From Clostridia bacterium (GTDB taxonomy: Bacteria; Bacillota; Clostridia; Oscillospirales; CAG-272), in NCBI GenBank assembly GCA_017440665.1, contig JAFSGU010000008.1:17987-81986 (forward strand): DNA of 64,000 bases, read 5' to 3'. Within the stretch, counting starts at the first letter, position 1, and each line of letters starts with the position of its first letter. The position numbers and the translations under genes were made by a program. Below, in pieces: positions 24,785-35,318 of the stretch. The notes beneath the pieces are model-generated. The model did not search any database and was not told the origin of the DNA. It was given only the letters and a program-made list of their open reading frames with translations.

Positions 24785-27268
24785 ATGAGCACTAAAGCAC
24801 AGACTAAAAAGCAAGTCAAGACAACTAAGAAATCAACAAAAATTACTGAAACTGTAGATAAAGCACAGGTCAAGGCATCTATCGAGGGTAAGCTTATCAG
24901 ATACTTCGGCGTTGAGCCGGATGAAGCATCCCCCGAGCAGATGTATAAGGCTGTTGTATACAGCGTTAAGGATATCCTTCAGCAGAAGAGAGGCGAGTTC
25001 CGCGAGAGGACGAAGAAGGCAAAGGGTAAGAAGATATATTACCTTTGCATGGAGTTCCTTGTGGGCCGAACACTCAAGAATGCTCTTATGAATCTCGGTG
25101 TTGAGGATGAATACAGAGCAGTTCTTGAAGAAATGGGGCATGACCTGAACGTGGCGTATGACTCCGACCCTGACCTCGGTCTCGGCAACGGCGGTCTCGG
25201 CAGACTTGCTGCGTGCTTCATGGATTCTCTGACCACGCTGGATTATGCGGCGACAGGATTTTCTATTTGCTATGAATACGGCTTCTTCAAGCAGAAGCTT
25301 CTTGACGGAAATCAGATCGAGCTTCCCGATATGTGGATGGAGAAGGGTGAGGCATGGCTGAACCCCAGAAACGATAAATCCTTCACGGTACGCTTCGGCG
25401 GAAACGTAAAGGAAAACTGGGAAGGCGAGAAGTGCGACATCATTTACGAGAACTACCAGGAGGTAAAGGCGCTTCCTTACGACCTTCTCATCTCCGGTTC
25501 CGGTACGGATGCCGTAAACAATCTCCGTCTCTGGAAGGCAGTTGATACAACTACCTTCAACATGAGCCTGATCTCTCAGGGTCAGTACGTAAAGGCTATG
25601 CAGGAGACCTCCAACGCTGAGATCATTTCCAAGGTTCTTTACCCCTCCGACGATCACGACGAGGGTAAGCTGCTCAGACTTTCTCAGCAGTACTTCCTCG
25701 TTTCCGCGTCTCTCCAGAATATCATCGCCGATCATCTTGCGGCATACGGTACCCTGAGCAATTTCGCAGATAAGGTTGCTATCCATATCAACGATACTCA
25801 CCCCGCTCTCTGCGTACCCGAGCTGATGAGGATCCTCATCGACACATATTCTTACACGTGGAACGACGCATGGCGTACCGTTACGAGAGTTATCTCCTAC
25901 ACCAACCACACCGTACTTCCCGAGGCGCTTGAGAAGTGGAACGTTGACCTGTTCAGACTTAAGCTCCCCAGAATCTACATGATCGTTGAGGAGATCAACC
26001 GCAGACTTTGCGCTGACCTTTGGAAGATGTATCCCGGTGACTGGGACAGAATCTCCCGTATGTCCATTATCGCGTACAATCAGGTACGCATGGCTAACCT
26101 TAGCGTAGTTGCGTCTCACACCATCAACGGTGTATCTGCGCTTCACTCCGACATTCTTAAGAAGACCGTATTCCACGACTTCTATAAGGCGTATCCCAAT
26201 AGATTTACGAACGTTACCAACGGTATCGCTCACAGACGTTGGCTCAATTACTCCAACCGCGGTCTGGCAAGCCTCCTTGACGAGACTATCGGTCCCGACT
26301 ACAGATGGAATCCGGAAAAGCTTGCCGATTTCAAGAAGTTCGAGAATGACGCTGCTGTTGCCGAAAGACTTCGCGAGATCAAGGCAGAGAATAAGCTTGC
26401 TTTCTCTAAGCATTGGTTCAACAAGACCGGTGTTGCTCTTGACGTAAACTCTGTATTCGACACTCAGGTTAAGAGAATGCACGAGTACAAGAGACAGCTT
26501 CTTAACGTGCTTAAGGTGCTCGCACTTTATGCTGAGCTTAAGAACAATCCCAATGCAAATATCACTCCCACCACCTTTATCTTCGGCGGTAAGGCTGCAA
26601 GCGGATACCAGATGGCAAAGAACATCATCCGCCTTATCTGGAGCCTTGGCGAGGAGATCGCAAAAGACCCCGTTGCACGTGATATCCTTAAGGTCATCTA
26701 CGTTGAGGAATACAACGTGACCGAGTCCGAGCTCTTGATGCCTGCTACCGATATAAGTGAGCAGATCTCACTTGCAGGTAAGGAAGCAAGCGGTACCGGC
26801 TGCATGAAGTTCATGATCAACGGTGCGCTTACTCTCGGTACTCTCGACGGTGCTAACGTTGAGATGCGTGAGGCTGTGGGTGACGACAATATCTATATCT
26901 TCGGTCTTACCGATCCTCAGGTCGAAGACCTTTGGAGACGCGGATATGAGTCCGTTAAGTACTATATGCAGAGCGACAGACTCCACGCTGCAATTGATCT
27001 TCTCTCACAGAAGACCTTCGCAGGCAACGATTTCAAGTCTATCGTAAGCTACCTGCTTTATTCTCACGGCGTATCTGATCCTTATATGTGTCTTGCTGAC
27101 TTTGATTCCTACATCACCACCTTCGACAGAATGATGAAGGATTATGCCGAGCCCGATAAGTGGACCAAGAAGTCCCTCATCAATATCGCCGGAGCAGGCT
27201 ATTTCGCTGCAGACCGCAGCATTAAGGATTATGCTGATAAGATATGGCACATAAACAAGATAAAATAA
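24785..27268 (+). CDS. glgP: Glycogen/maltodextrin phosphorylase
   Basis: The 827-aa protein has LGNGGLGRLAACF and the PLP-lysine region EASGTGCMKFMINGA. Confidence 0.95.
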   Translation: MSTKAQTKKQVKTTKKSTKITETVDKAQVKASIEGKLIRYFGVEPDEASPEQMYKAVVYSVKDILQQKRGEFRERTKKAKGKKIYYLCMEFLVGRTLKNALMNLGVEDEYRAVLEEMGHDLNVAYDSDPDLGLGNGGLGRLAACFMDSLTTLDYAATGFSICYEYGFFKQKLLDGNQIELPDMWMEKGEAWLNPRNDKSFTVRFGGNVKENWEGEKCDIIYENYQEVKALPYDLLISGSGTDAVNNLRLWKAVDTTTFNMSLISQGQYVKAMQETSNAEIISKVLYPSDDHDEGKLLRLSQQYFLVSASLQNIIADHLAAYGTLSNFADKVAIHINDTHPALCVPELMRILIDTYSYTWNDAWRTVTRVISYTNHTVLPEALEKWNVDLFRLKLPRIYMIVEEINRRLCADLWKMYPGDWDRISRMSIIAYNQVRMANLSVVASHTINGVSALHSDILKKTVFHDFYKAYPNRFTNVTNGIAHRRWLNYSNRGLASLLDETIGPDYRWNPEKLADFKKFENDAAVAERLREIKAENKLAFSKHWFNKTGVALDVNSVFDTQVKRMHEYKRQLLNVLKVLALYAELKNNPNANITPTTFIFGGKAASGYQMAKNIIRLIWSLGEEIAKDPVARDILKVIYVEEYNVTESELLMPATDISEQISLAGKEASGTGCMKFMINGALTLGTLDGANVEMREAVGDDNIYIFGLTDPQVEDLWRRGYESVKYYMQSDRLHAAIDLLSQKTFAGNDFKSIVSYLLYSHGVSDPYMCLADFDSYITTFDRMMKDYAEPDKWTKKSLINIAGAGYFAADRSIKDYADKIWHINKIK

Positions 27269-29142
27269 GAGAATATAAATATATTCTTCCCGACAATAAA
27301 GACGTATCTTTATTCGGTGCTCTGCGCGGCGGCTCTGTCTGCCGCGCGGAGATCCGCGTTCCGAAAAGCTACAACGCGCAAAGCGCTGCCATCCGTATTC
27401 ATTCAGATGGATACGAAGGAAACGTTAGGCATCTGTCTTATCCCCTTGATCGAATGGATGATAAGGACGGCGATGACGTCTTTTCCGTTATTCTCGATAC
27501 GGATGAGCTGTGCCGTGAGCTTGCAGACTGTGGGTACGGGCTTTTTTATTATGAGTACGTAGTTTCCGTGGGCGAATACGAGCTTCACTTAGGCGGAGAA
27601 TGTCCCACTGAGCTTGCAGACGCATGGAAACACGGTGAGAGACAGCTGATGGTTTACTCTTCCGCCGCATCCTCATCGGAGAGGATGAAGGAGGGTATCA
27701 TCTACCACATATTCGTGGACCGATTCAAAACAAGCGGAAGCTGTCCCGTAAAGCCCGGTGAGATACTTGACCCCGACTGGGACCACGGTATTCCTCAGTA
27801 CGGAGAATACCCGGGCGCTGAGGTGAAGAACAACGTGTTCTTCGGCGGTGACCTTTGGGGAATTGCCGAGGAGCTTCCTTATATCGCCTCTCTCGGTGCG
27901 TCTACCATATATCTCTCGCCCGTATTCGACGCGGCGTCCAACCACAAATACGATACGGCAGACTATCTTACCGTCGACAGTATGTTCGGCGGAGACGACG
28001 CTTTGCGCAATTTGTGTGCTGAGGCCCGAAAATACGGTATCTCCGTTATGCTGGACGGCGTGTTTAACCACACGGGAAGCGACAGCCTTTACTTTAACAA
28101 GGAAGGCAAGTACGACACCGTGGGCGCATATCAGTCAAAGAAGTCTCCCTATTACGACTGGTACTGCTTCAAAGAATATCCCGACAAGTACGATTCCTGG
28201 TGGGGCGTTCAGATACTCCCACGCGTCAACAGCTCAAACGACTCCTACATCGACTTCATCTGCGACGAGGTCATAGAAAAGTGGATGGATGCAGGCGTTT
28301 CCCATTGGCGTCTTGACGTTGCCGACGAGCTGTCCGATAAATTTTTGTCTTCCCTTGAGAAGAAGGTTCATTCCATATCCCCCGATGCTCAGATCATCGG
28401 TGAGGTGTGGGAGGATGCCTCCGATAAGGTCAGCTACGGCGCGCGCCGCCATTACCTTTCATCGGGTCAGCTTTCCTCCGTTATGAACTATCCTCTCAGG
28501 AATTCGGTAATTGCATATATCAATTTCGGAGACGTTCTAAGTCTCAGATACGCGACGGAAACTCTTTACAGACGTTATCCCAAGCACGTGTCCGACTCGC
28601 TGATGAACTTCCTCGGTACCCACGACACGGAAAGAGCTATCACCGTTTTCGGTGACGACGGATATTTCGATCTGACCAACGACGAGCTTTCCGTCAGACG
28701 TATGACGCATGCGGAGAAAGCCGCAGCAGCGAAAAAGCTGATAGAAGCATACGCCATCATATGTGCCCTTCCCGGAGTACCCTGCGTATTCTACGGAGAC
28801 GAGGCGGGACTTGAAGGCTACAGAGACCCATTCTGCCGTATGCCTTTTCCATGGAACAGTGTAGATGCTGAGATCTCCAAGGCTTATCGCGAACTTGGTA
28901 TGATTCGAAAGAATGAAAAGCTTCTCCGCGACGCATATTTCCGCATAGTTGAGCTTTCCCACGAAAGGTTCGTATTCGAGCGTACGGCTGTAGACGGCAG
29001 TGAGTCTCTCACCGCGGTCATCAACAATACGGATGCGGATATGACCTACACCTTCGAAGGCGTAAAGCGTGACGTACACGGCGAGAGCCATGACGGAAGC
29101 GTTACGTTGTCTCCAAGAGGTTGGGTATATTTGAAGGACTAA
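27244..29142 (+). CDS. GH13 alpha-amylase-family glycosidase (neopullulanase/cyclomaltodextrinase-like)
   Basis: GH13 regions present are DGVFNHTG, HWRLDVADEL, IIGEVWED and FLGTHDTER. The ATG at 27244 overlaps the glgP end by 25 nt, so the exact start is uncertain. Confidence 0.85.
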   Translation: MAHKQDKIREYKYILPDNKDVSLFGALRGGSVCRAEIRVPKSYNAQSAAIRIHSDGYEGNVRHLSYPLDRMDDKDGDDVFSVILDTDELCRELADCGYGLFYYEYVVSVGEYELHLGGECPTELADAWKHGERQLMVYSSAASSSERMKEGIIYHIFVDRFKTSGSCPVKPGEILDPDWDHGIPQYGEYPGAEVKNNVFFGGDLWGIAEELPYIASLGASTIYLSPVFDAASNHKYDTADYLTVDSMFGGDDALRNLCAEARKYGISVMLDGVFNHTGSDSLYFNKEGKYDTVGAYQSKKSPYYDWYCFKEYPDKYDSWWGVQILPRVNSSNDSYIDFICDEVIEKWMDAGVSHWRLDVADELSDKFLSSLEKKVHSISPDAQIIGEVWEDASDKVSYGARRHYLSSGQLSSVMNYPLRNSVIAYINFGDVLSLRYATETLYRRYPKHVSDSLMNFLGTHDTERAITVFGDDGYFDLTNDELSVRRMTHAEKAAAAKKLIEAYAIICALPGVPCVFYGDEAGLEGYRDPFCRMPFPWNSVDAEISKAYRELGMIRKNEKLLRDAYFRIVELSHERFVFERTAVDGSESLTAVINNTDADMTYTFEGVKRDVHGESHDGSVTLSPRGWVYLKD

Positions 29143-29155
29143 AATTTACAAAACG

Positions 29156-29202
29156 GTAATCCCTCGTGTCGGGTTTGTTTACACCCGATTACGAGGGATT
29201 AC
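29156..29202 (+). terminator. Terminator of the glycogen operon
   Basis: GTAATCCCTCGT pairs with ACGAGGGATTAC (12 bp) with an inner TCGGGT/ACCCGA helix. A/T-rich sequence follows. Confidence 0.6.
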
Positions 29203-29271
29203 ATATATTTACTTTATAATGATAGTACAGTATGAGAGACCGAACAAAATAATATATGGGAGAGAAAAGGA

Positions 29272-29673
29272 ATGAATATTGCGCTTTTATTGTCGCCTAA
29301 GGTCAACACGTCCTATCTGTACTATGATTCAACGGTCAGGCAGGGGATCGAGAAATTTAAAGCTCACGGCTTTACCGCAGTTCCCGTCCTTGACGACGGG
29401 GGCTTTTACGTGGGTACTGTGTCTGAGGGGGATTTTTTAAGGTATATTTTGTCGGTAGGTGAGCTGTCATTCAAAGGTATGGAAACAGTACGGATACGTG
29501 ACATAATGGTGCGGGACAAGAACCCGCCCCTGGGTATCGACGCCTGTATAGACGAGCTGACGCAGAGACTTTTCAATTGCAACTTTGTACCGATAACTGA
29601 CGCAAGAGGTGTGTACATAGGTATCGTCACGAGAAAAAGCCTTCTTGTTCACCTTGGCGAAAAGAAGGCATAA
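29272..29673 (+). CDS. CBS-domain pair protein
   Basis: The 133-aa protein has two CBS-like repeats (FTAVPVLDDGGFYVGTVSEGDFL and FVPITDARGVYIGIVTRKSLL). Confidence 0.75.
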   Translation: MNIALLLSPKVNTSYLYYDSTVRQGIEKFKAHGFTAVPVLDDGGFYVGTVSEGDFLRYILSVGELSFKGMETVRIRDIMVRDKNPPLGIDACIDELTQRLFNCNFVPITDARGVYIGIVTRKSLLVHLGEKKA

Positions 29674-29744
29674 AGCCTGTGAAGGTACTGGCTGCAGCGT
29701 TTTTGTAAAAATGCCCGCAAACTTATAAAACTCAGTTTACAAAC

Positions 29745-29786
29745 GGGGGGAAATGTGCTATTATATAAATAGCACGTTCCCCCCCC
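29745..29786. terminator. Long GC-clamped hairpin between the convergent CBS and spoVG genes
   Basis: GGGGGGAA...GCTATT...AATAGC...TTCCCCCC forms an extended hairpin. Confidence 0.55.
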
Positions 29787-29796
29787 GTAACGTAAA

Positions 29797-29827
29797 ATAC
29801 CTACGGGGATATCAGGACCGTAGGTAT
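29797..29827 (-). terminator. spoVG terminator
   Basis: ATACCTACGG pairs with CCGTAGGTAT, a perfect 10-bp stem. On the minus strand it is followed by TTTTAC. Confidence 0.7.
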
Positions 29828-29844
29828 CATGTTGATATTCTATT

Positions 29845-30159
29845 TTATTCGTCTAAATTATCCGCTGATGTCAAATCGAAGTCCGAAGACTCACTGATCG
29901 CACGTGCTGATTCCTCGTCGTACGCTTTAAGAACCGCCTCTTCGAGAGCTGCGCGGAAGTCCGCGGTGATGGGATGAACGATATCACGGTATGTTCCGTC
30001 GGGGTTCTTTCTGCTGGGCATTACAATAAAATGCTTCTCTCTAACGTTTATTACTTTAATGTCATGAAGTGCCAGCTGTCCGTCAAATGTAACCGAGACA
30101 ATAGCTTTCATGGGACCATCCTCAAAAAGCTTTCTTACTTTGATATCACTTATTTCCAT
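29845..30159 (-). CDS. spoVG: Septation/sporulation regulator SpoVG
   Basis: MEISDIKVRKLFEDGPMKAIVSVTFDGQLALHDIKVI...FIVMPSRKNPDGTYRDIVHPI is the canonical SpoVG core. An acidic C-terminal tail follows. Confidence 0.93.
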   Translation of the reverse strand: MEISDIKVRKLFEDGPMKAIVSVTFDGQLALHDIKVINVREKHFIVMPSRKNPDGTYRDIVHPITADFRAALEEAVLKAYDEESARAISESSDFDLTSADNLDE

Positions 30160-30362
30160 AGCTTTTCTCCAATCTTTATTAGATAGAATGGTTTCTGTCT
30201 ATAGTATAACGGAAGATTGTTACAAAAATACTACCATTTTATGTATAAATTATGAATTTAATAGTAGTTTTTGAGAAAAATAGCGACAAATTAATATAAT
30301 ATGTCTAAAATTACATATGAATGTAATAATCAATATATATTATTCCGAAAGGAAGATTTAAT

Positions 30363-31772
30363 ATGGCATTAGAAAACACACATTTCGGCTATGAAGCCAT
30401 AAAAAAGATCATGGGCGATGGGACGCGTAAGGTCTATTTCGCCGGTGTGGGCGGCATCAGTATGAACTCTCTTGCAAAGGTTTGCGTTCATAGAGGCCAC
30501 GCGGTATCAGGCTATGACAGAGTCAGAACTCCTATTACCGAGTCTCTGGAGGAGCTTGGCGTTACAATGTACTACGAGTCATCCGCTGACAACGTGAAGG
30601 ACGTTGACGTGTTCGTGTACACCGTTGCTATCCCCGCAGACGACCCTGCGTACGTGTACGCGGGCGAGGCGGGTATCCCCAGAATATCCCGTTCCGATTT
30701 TCTCGGATACATAATGAAGGGCTACGAAAGCCGTATCGGCATTTCGGGTATGCACGGAAAGAGTACCACTACGGGTATCACAGCCTCCGTATACGCGGCG
30801 GCGGGAGTCTGTCCCACCGTATTCGGCGGTGCTACGCTTAACGGTACGGGCTCGTCCAATATCCTGGGCGGTGAGCGCGCCTTTATCTTCGAGGCATGCG
30901 AGTACATGGATTCGTTCCTTGACTTCTATCCCTCCACCGCCGTCGTGCTTAACATCGAAATGGACCACGTGGACTACTTCAAGTCCATGGATCATATAAG
31001 AAGCTCCTTTGCCGCGTTTATGAAGAAGGCGGACAGAGCTGTTGTTAACCTTGCCGACGAGGACGTTATGCGCGCCGTCAAGATGGCGGGAGTTCCTGCG
31101 GTGACCTTCGGTCCCGAGGGAAGCGGGGCGGACTATACCTCCCGCGGCGAGAGATTCGTACACGGTTTTGCGGAGTTTGACATCCTCTTTAAGGGCGAGC
31201 TTCTCTGCCACGTAAAGATGCGTGTGCCGGGACATCATTTGGTAACGGACGCCATTGCGGTAGCCGCGGCGGCTCACACAGACGGCATCAGCGGCGAGGA
31301 TATTGCGGCGGGTCTTGAAGCCTACGGCGGTATCGGCAGACGTATGGAGCTGAAGGGTAAGACCTCAGCGGGCGCCGACGTGTTCGACGACTACGCTCAC
31401 CATCCCACGGAGCTTGTGACCACGCTGAAGACCGCCTCCGAGCTTGACTATGAGCATACGGTTTGCGTGTTCCAGCCTCACACATATTCGAGAACGGCAG
31501 AGCTTCTTGACGGATTTGCCAAAGCTCTCGGGGAAGCGGAGGTAGACGAGATAGTTCTCGCTCCCATTTACGCAGCAAGAGAGGTCAACACGTATGGTAT
31601 TTCATCCGAGGTACTTTGCCAGCGTATAGGTGAATACGGGAAAAAATGTACCGTTATTGATACCTTTGAGGGTATTGCTGAATATCTCGAGAAAACACTT
31701 GGAAGTGATGACTGCGCATTTATCGTAGGCGCGGGAGACATTATTAAGGTAACGGCATTTTTAGTGAAGTGA
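30363..31772 (+). CDS. murC: UDP-N-acetylmuramate--L-alanine ligase
   Basis: The protein has YFAGVGGISMNSLA and the Mur ligase P-loop GISGMHGKSTTTG, and is collinear with MurC. Confidence 0.93.
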   Translation: MALENTHFGYEAIKKIMGDGTRKVYFAGVGGISMNSLAKVCVHRGHAVSGYDRVRTPITESLEELGVTMYYESSADNVKDVDVFVYTVAIPADDPAYVYAGEAGIPRISRSDFLGYIMKGYESRIGISGMHGKSTTTGITASVYAAAGVCPTVFGGATLNGTGSSNILGGERAFIFEACEYMDSFLDFYPSTAVVLNIEMDHVDYFKSMDHIRSSFAAFMKKADRAVVNLADEDVMRAVKMAGVPAVTFGPEGSGADYTSRGERFVHGFAEFDILFKGELLCHVKMRVPGHHLVTDAIAVAAAAHTDGISGEDIAAGLEAYGGIGRRMELKGKTSAGADVFDDYAHHPTELVTTLKTASELDYEHTVCVFQPHTYSRTAELLDGFAKALGEAEVDEIVLAPIYAAREVNTYGISSEVLCQRIGEYGKKCTVIDTFEGIAEYLEKTLGSDDCAFIVGAGDIIKVTAFLVK

Positions 31773-31773
31773 A

Positions 31774-32277
31774 ATGGACTTACATGAACGGAAACATCCT
31801 CGTATAAAGGAATTTGATTATGGTGCAGCAGGCGCGTATTTTGTGACGATCTGTACGTATAACAGGCGATGTATATTATCTCGTGTTGTAGGGCAGGGGT
31901 TTACTCCTGCCGAAAATGGGGTTGAATATACAACGTTTGGGAAGATTGCAGAAAAACAATTATTGTTACTTACAGAACGCTATCCTTATCTTAGGTTAGA
32001 TAAATACGCAATAATGCCAAATCATATTCACGCTATTTTAATCCTTGGTGATAATACGGCGGGAGCAAGCCCCCGCCCTACATTAATGGATATAGTTTGC
32101 GCGTATAAATTATTAACAACGAGAGAGTGTAAGAAAAACGGGCTTTTGGATAAGTTATTCCAAACATCATTTTACGAGGATATAATACGAGGGCTTGACG
32201 ATTATAATGAAATTGCAAAATACATCTGCGAAAATCCTATCAGATGGTATTACGATGAATTATATATAAAGGAATAG
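31774..32277 (+). CDS. IS200/RAYT-like Y1 (HUH) transposase homologue
   Basis: The 167-aa protein has YFVTICTYNRR, the HUH motif MPNHIHAIL, and a C-terminal FQTSFYEDIIRGLDDYNEIAKYICENP carrying the catalytic-Tyr helix pattern of COG1943/RayT proteins. Its ATG begins 1 nt after the murC stop. Confidence 0.7.
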   Translation: MDLHERKHPRIKEFDYGAAGAYFVTICTYNRRCILSRVVGQGFTPAENGVEYTTFGKIAEKQLLLLTERYPYLRLDKYAIMPNHIHAILILGDNTAGASPRPTLMDIVCAYKLLTTRECKKNGLLDKLFQTSFYEDIIRGLDDYNEIAKYICENPIRWYYDELYIKE

Positions 32278-32307
32278 TATGTTTTAACGCTGAATCAAAA
32301 CACTACC

Positions 32308-32336
32308 GCCGCGGCTCGTGCCGCGGCTGTTTTGTT
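32308..32336 (+). terminator. Terminator of the murC-RAYT unit
   Basis: GCCGCGGC tcgt GCCGCGGC forms an 8-bp stem, followed by TGTTTTGTT. Confidence 0.7.
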
Positions 32337-32445
32337 ATTCACTTTTCCGTGCCGACGGCACAACTCATGATGCTGAGCATTAATTTACGAAAGACACTTT
32401 CAATTCATGCCGCAAAGCGGCAATTCACGCGAAGCCTTATGTATC

Positions 32446-33264
32446 TCAGTCGTTCTTAACGTGAACGTCAAGCTGAGGATAGGGAATGGAGATCGCGAAC
32501 TTATCGAGAACCTTCTTGCTGTCCTCCGTAAGGTCGAACCTAACGGTCCAGTAGTCTGCGTTAAGAACCCAAACGCGGAGCTGGAGCTTGATGGAGGAAT
32601 CTGCCTGCTCGGTTACGAATACAACGGGAGCGGGATCCTTCAGTACAAGGTCATGGCTCTCAGCGCTTGCGAGAAGTACCTTCTTTGCAAGGTCAATGTC
32701 AGCCTCGTAGGAAATTGAGAGGCTAATGTCAACTCTGCGCGTAGACTTTGCAGAGTAGTTGGAAATGGTGGAGTTGGAAAGAGAGGAGTTAGGTACACTT
32801 ACGGAGATGTTGTCGGGAGTTGTAAGCTTGGTGTAGAATACGCCGATCTTGGAAACTGTACCGTCTCCGAGAGGAGTGGAGATGTAGTCACCCTCGTGGA
32901 AGGGCTTGAAGAGCATGATGATAACGCCGCCTGCAAGGTTGGAAAGACCACCCTGAAGAGCAAGACCTACAGCAAGACCGCAAGAACCGAGAACGGCGAT
33001 GATGGTTGCGCTGGGAACACCGAGAAGCTCTACGACAACGATCACTATGATGGTGTTGAAGAGTACCTTGATGGTGTTCTTGATGAGTGACTGAATGTTG
33101 GTATCAAGCTTCTCGAAGAAGGGAGCCTTGCCAAGCTTCTTGACAAAGACCTTTGTAAGCTTGAAGCCTACGAGGAGGATCAGAGCAGCGCAGATGATTC
33201 TGATCACGAAGGGAACGGCAATGCCGTTCACAAAGCTTAAGAGGATGTTCCAAAATTTTTCCAT
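32446..33264 (-). CDS. Small-conductance mechanosensitive channel (MscS family)
   Basis: The 272-aa protein has three N-terminal TM helices. The pore helix region is GLALQGGLSNLAGGVIIMLFKPFHEGDYI. Confidence 0.88.
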   Translation of the reverse strand: MEKFWNILLSFVNGIAVPFVIRIICAALILLVGFKLTKVFVKKLGKAPFFEKLDTNIQSLIKNTIKVLFNTIIVIVVVELLGVPSATIIAVLGSCGLAVGLALQGGLSNLAGGVIIMLFKPFHEGDYISTPLGDGTVSKIGVFYTKLTTPDNISVSVPNSSLSNSTISNYSAKSTRRVDISLSISYEADIDLAKKVLLASAESHDLVLKDPAPVVFVTEQADSSIKLQLRVWVLNADYWTVRFDLTEDSKKVLDKFAISIPYPQLDVHVKND

Positions 33265-33300
33265 GATGTTTTAACCTTTCTTTATATAAAAATTTTTGGG

Positions 33301-35286
33301 TTACTTGGTTGTTTCCAGAATACGTATTCTGTCGCGGAGGAATGCCGCCTCCTCGAATCGAAGCTCTTTCGCAGCCTTCGCCATTTCTGCCTTGAGCTCT
33401 TCGATCTTTTGGAGCCTGTCCTCTGCATTTTTCGGCACGTCCGCCGTGGGGGTGGGACGTCCCTTTTTCTTTCCCTTTGAGTCGGGAGACGCGCCGATGC
33501 TGATAAGCTCGCGCACCTCCTTTTTGACGGTCTGCGGAGTGATTCCGTGAAGCTCGTAGTACTCACGCTGTATCTTGCGGCGGCGCTCCGTTTCGTCTAT
33601 GGCGGCGCGCATTGAACGGGTCACTCGGTCGGCATACATGATGACCTTACCGCCTGCGTTTCGGGCGGCGCGTCCGATGGTCTGGATGAGCGACTGCTCG
33701 CTTCGGAGGAATCCCTCCTTGTCCGCGTCAAGTATGGCAACGAGCGTTACCTCGGGCAAGTCGATACCCTCGCGGAGCAGGTTGATACCTACAAGCACGT
33801 CGTAAAGTCCGAGACGCAGATCGCGCAGAAGCTCCGTTCGCTCCATAGCCTCGATATTGTGGTGGATGTATTTAACGCGTATCTCCTGCTTTTCAAGATA
33901 CTCCGTTAAATCCTCCGCCATTTTTTTCGTAAGGGTGGTGACAAGTGTGCGTTCGCCTTTGTCAGCTCGCTTTTTGATCTCGCCGATAAGGTCGTCAACC
34001 TGTGTTTCGACGGGACGCACGTCGATCTCGGGATCAAGCAGTCCCGTGGGACGGATGATCTGCTCAACTATCTGCTCGCTTTTCGAAAGCTCGTAGTCGC
34101 CGGGGGTGGCGGATACGGTTATCACCTGGTTAAGCTTTTTCTCAAATTCCTCGAAGTAAAGGGGTCTGTTGTCGTATGCCGAGGGAAGTCGGAAGCCGTA
34201 TTCCACCAGATTCTTCTTTCTGGCAAGGTCTCCGCCGCTCATACCTCTCACCTGCGGAAGGGTGACGTGGCTCTCGTCTATGAACATGAGAAAGTCGTCG
34301 GGGAAGTAGTCGAGAAGGGTATAGGGAGTGGAGCCGGGGGCTCTGCCTGCGAATATGCGTGAGTAGTTTTCGATACCCGAGCAGTAGCCCACCTCGCGGA
34401 GCATTTCCATGTCGTATCTGGTGCGCTCCTCGATACGCTGAGCCTCGATAAGCTTGTCCTGAGAGCGGAACCAATCCACACGCTCTGCCATTTCCGTCTC
34501 GATCTCCTCGATCGCCTTTTCCTTGGAGTCAAGGTCCACCACGTAGTGGGTAGCGGGGAAGATGGCTACGTAGTTTAATTCCTCTATTACCTTGCCCGTC
34601 AGCGGGTCGAATTCACACACGCGGTCGATCTCGTCGCCGAAGAATTCAACACGGACAGCCTTTTCGGAATATCCCGACGGGAATACCTCAAGAGTGTCTC
34701 CGCGCAGACGGAAGTTGTTTCTCGTAAGGCTGACGTCGTTTCTGTCGTAATTTACTGCGATAAGCTTTGAAGCAAGCTCGTCGCGGGATATTTCAAGTCC
34801 CGGTCTGATACCGATGACCTGACGCTGATACTCCTCCGGGGGACCGAGAGAGTAGATGCAGGACACGCTTGCCACGATGATCACGTCCCGCCTTTCAAAC
34901 AAGGCAGAGGTGGCGCTGTGGCGGAGCTTGTCGATCTCGTCGTTGATGGAGGAATCCTTTTCGATGTACATGTCCTTTCCGGGGACGTACGCCTCGGGCT
35001 GATAGTAATCGTAGTAGGATATGAAAAACTCAACGGCGTTGTTTGGGAAGAACTCGCGGAACTCAGAGCACAGCTGAGCGGCGAGGGTCTTGTTGTGTGC
35101 AAGAACGAGGGTGGGACGGTTTACCTCGGCGATGATATTAGCCATGGTAAAGGTCTTTCCGCTACCCGTAACGCCGAGAAGAGTCTGATTTTTCATGCCC
35201 GCAAGAACTCCCGAGGAGAGCTTTGCTATGGCATCGGGCTGGTCGCCCGTGGGTTTATATGGGGAAACAAGTTCAAAATGATCCAT
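33301..35286 (-). CDS. uvrB: Excinuclease ABC subunit B
   Basis: The protein begins [20 protein letters not shown], has the Walker A motif [12 protein letters not shown], and ends with the UVR domain [13 protein letters not shown]. Confidence 0.96.
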   Translation of the reverse strand: MDHFELVSPYKPTGDQPDAIAKLSSGVLAGMKNQTLLGVTGSGKTFTMANIIAEVNRPTLVLAHNKTLAAQLCSEFREFFPNNAVEFFISYYDYYQPEAYVPGKDMYIEKDSSINDEIDKLRHSATSALFERRDVIIVASVSCIYSLGPPEEYQRQVIGIRPGLEISRDELASKLIAVNYDRNDVSLTRNNFRLRGDTLEVFPSGYSEKAVRVEFFGDEIDRVCEFDPLTGKVIEELNYVAIFPATHYVVDLDSKEKAIEEIETEMAERVDWFRSQDKLIEAQRIEERTRYDMEMLREVGYCSGIENYSRIFAGRAPGSTPYTLLDYFPDDFLMFIDESHVTLPQVRGMSGGDLARKKNLVEYGFRLPSAYDNRPLYFEEFEKKLNQVITVSATPGDYELSKSEQIVEQIIRPTGLLDPEIDVRPVETQVDDLIGEIKKRADKGERTLVTTLTKKMAEDLTEYLEKQEIRVKYIHHNIEAMERTELLRDLRLGLYDVLVGINLLREGIDLPEVTLVAILDADKEGFLRSEQSLIQTIGRAARNAGGKVIMYADRVTRSMRAAIDETERRRKIQREYYELHGITPQTVKKEVRELISIGASPDSKGKKKGRPTPTADVPKNAEDRLQKIEELKAEMAKAAKELRFEEAAFLRDRIRILETTK

Positions 35287-35318
35287 TATTTTCTCTTTTC
35301 GGTGAAAGTGGATTTATC

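Noticed and set aside
24833-26482. Very long antisense ORFs opposite well-supported genes. Examples are 549 aa opposite glgP, 435 aa at 41912..43219 opposite ispF/ispD, 353 aa at 15008..16069 opposite ackA, and 259 aa at 16240..17019 opposite tmcAL. Others are 279 aa and 315 aa opposite the clpC-like gene, 241 aa opposite glyA and 282 aa opposite the carboxypeptidase gene.
   Set aside because: The sense-strand products carry diagnostic motifs of known families. The antisense translations have no recognisable motifs, and open antisense frames like these are a common by-product of the sense-strand codon usage.
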